NCBI RefSeq assembly: GCF_003334335.1
Contig: NZ_QOWQ01000202.1
Reading direction: 5' to 3' (one strand)
Length of the DNA stretch: 365 nucleotides
From: Escherichia coli
GTDB lineage: Bacteria > Pseudomonadota > Gammaproteobacteria > Enterobacterales > Enterobacteriaceae
In this document: piece after piece, positions 1-365 of the stretch
How the letters are laid out: every line of letters starts with the position of its first letter
How positions within the stretch are numbered: position 1 is the first letter of the stretch
Program-made: the position numbers and the translations under genes
Notes under the pieces: model-generated
What the model was told of the DNA's origin: nothing
Databases searched by the model: none
Seen by the model: only the letters and a program-made list of their open reading frames with translations

Positions 1-365
1 AGTCCCCACACCCCGTATGTCTCCACACCATCAGGCAGGGTACTGACCTGTATCCGGTCCGGCGCGGGGTGTGCGGTAATGTCCACACTCACCGGCTTAC
101 CGCTGCCGTTAATCAGGTTCACCGTCGATGTCCCCGTCTCCGGGAGTGTCACCTCACGGTCCAGCGTCAGGGTGCGGGTGGCAGCATCAATGGACAGGAC
201 ACGTCCGCCGGTCATAGTCCCGGCATAGTCGTTATCACAGATTTCAATGATGTCACCGGGTGTGTGCCGCAGCCCCTGAGACCCGAGCGTGAAATCCACC
301 GTCTGCGTTTCCAGCAGTTCGGTCTTTATCACCCACAGCCCGGCACGGTGGGCCTGACCGCGGCT
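1..365 (-). CDS. J: Internal fragment (partial at both ends) of a lambdoid phage/prophage host-specificity (tail-tip, central tail fibre) protein J homolog. The codon register runs + 365..363 (Ser) down to + 5..3 (Gly), with + 2..1 the first two bases of the next codon.
   Basis: Seen in sequence: the reverse-complement frame is open across all 121 codons. Leu codons are 9 CTG and 2 CTC, with no TTA, TTG, CTT or CTA, which is typical of a highly used enterobacterial/coliphage coding frame. The translation contains motifs I recall from lambda gpJ (SRGQAHRAGLW-IKTELLETQTVDF, GLRH-PGD-IEICD-DYAG, TGGRVL, TRTLTLDRE, DGSG-PVSV, PDGV-Y-VW). Established knowledge: gpJ is the roughly 1,100-aa tail-tip protein of lambda-like siphophages, and this stretch corresponds to its central portion, not the C-terminal receptor-binding region. 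Limits: the match is from memory, not a database search. The complementary strand is also stop-free in the same register (+ 3..365), but it has no in-frame ATG, uses rare Arg codons (AGG, CGA) and gives an Arg-rich translation with no recognisable similarity. Confidence 0.88.

Noticed and set aside
54-62. GC-rich near-palindrome ccggtccgg that could form a short stem.
   Set aside because: It is imperfect, very short, lies inside the coding sequence, and is not followed by a T-run (or an A-run on the coding strand). Not a credible terminator or regulatory hairpin.
1-228. Plus-strand frame-1 open stretch from the window start to a TAG at 226-228, containing in-frame ATGs at 79-81 and 190-192.
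   Set aside because: It lies entirely antisense to a well-supported CDS, has no recognisable ribosome-binding site upstream of either ATG, and has no similarity I can recognise. Most likely a chance ORF.
213-230. Short direct repeat: catagtc at 213-219 and again at 224-230, separated by ccgg.
   Set aside because: On the coding strand it corresponds to GACTATGccggGACTATG, encoding D-Y-A-G-T-M within the conserved DYAG motif. A 7-bp repeat of this size is expected by chance and has no features of a CRISPR repeat, insertion-sequence end or att site.
3-365. Stop-free antisense reading frame on the plus strand, in the same codon register as the J frame, spanning the whole window.
   Set aside because: It has no in-frame ATG within the window. 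Its translation is Arg-rich and low-complexity (SPHPVCLHTIRQGTDLYPVRRGVCGN...) and uses rare Arg codons, whereas the minus-strand frame shows recognisable gpJ similarity and strongly biased Leu codon usage. Open antisense frames are a common artefact of GC-rich coding DNA.
1-365. The possibility, raised in the prompt, that the window holds a novel defence or otherwise undescribed system.
   Set aside because: The window is fully explained by a single, well-characterised phage structural gene fragment. It contains no additional ORF, repeat array, non-coding RNA candidate or intergenic space that could house another element.

Overview
The whole 365-bp window lies inside a single minus-strand open reading frame; no start codon, stop codon or intergenic DNA is present. 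Translating the reverse complement in the frame whose first codon is + 365..363 gives 121 codons with no stop: SRGQAHRAGLWVIKTELLETQTVDFTLGSQGLRHTPGDIIEICDNDYAGTMTGGRVLSIDAATRTLTLDREVTLPETGTSTVNLINGSGKPVSVDITAHPAPDRIQVSTLPDGVETYGVWG. I recognise this as a homolog of the central region of bacteriophage lambda host-specificity / tail-tip protein J (gpJ), as carried by lambdoid phages and prophages of enterobacteria. It is clearly not identical to lambda J itself. Codon usage is enterobacterial-like, with 9 of 11 Leu codons being CTG and the other 2 CTC. I see no RNA gene, CRISPR repeat, mobile-element end, promoter or terminator. Despite the prompt's suggestion, nothing in this window supports a new or undescribed biological system; it is an internal fragment of a well-known phage structural gene. 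The one point worth a second look is that similarity to lambda J appears uneven across the window, which would fit the known mosaicism of tail-fibre genes. All similarity statements come from memory of the lambda gpJ sequence and must be confirmed by alignment.
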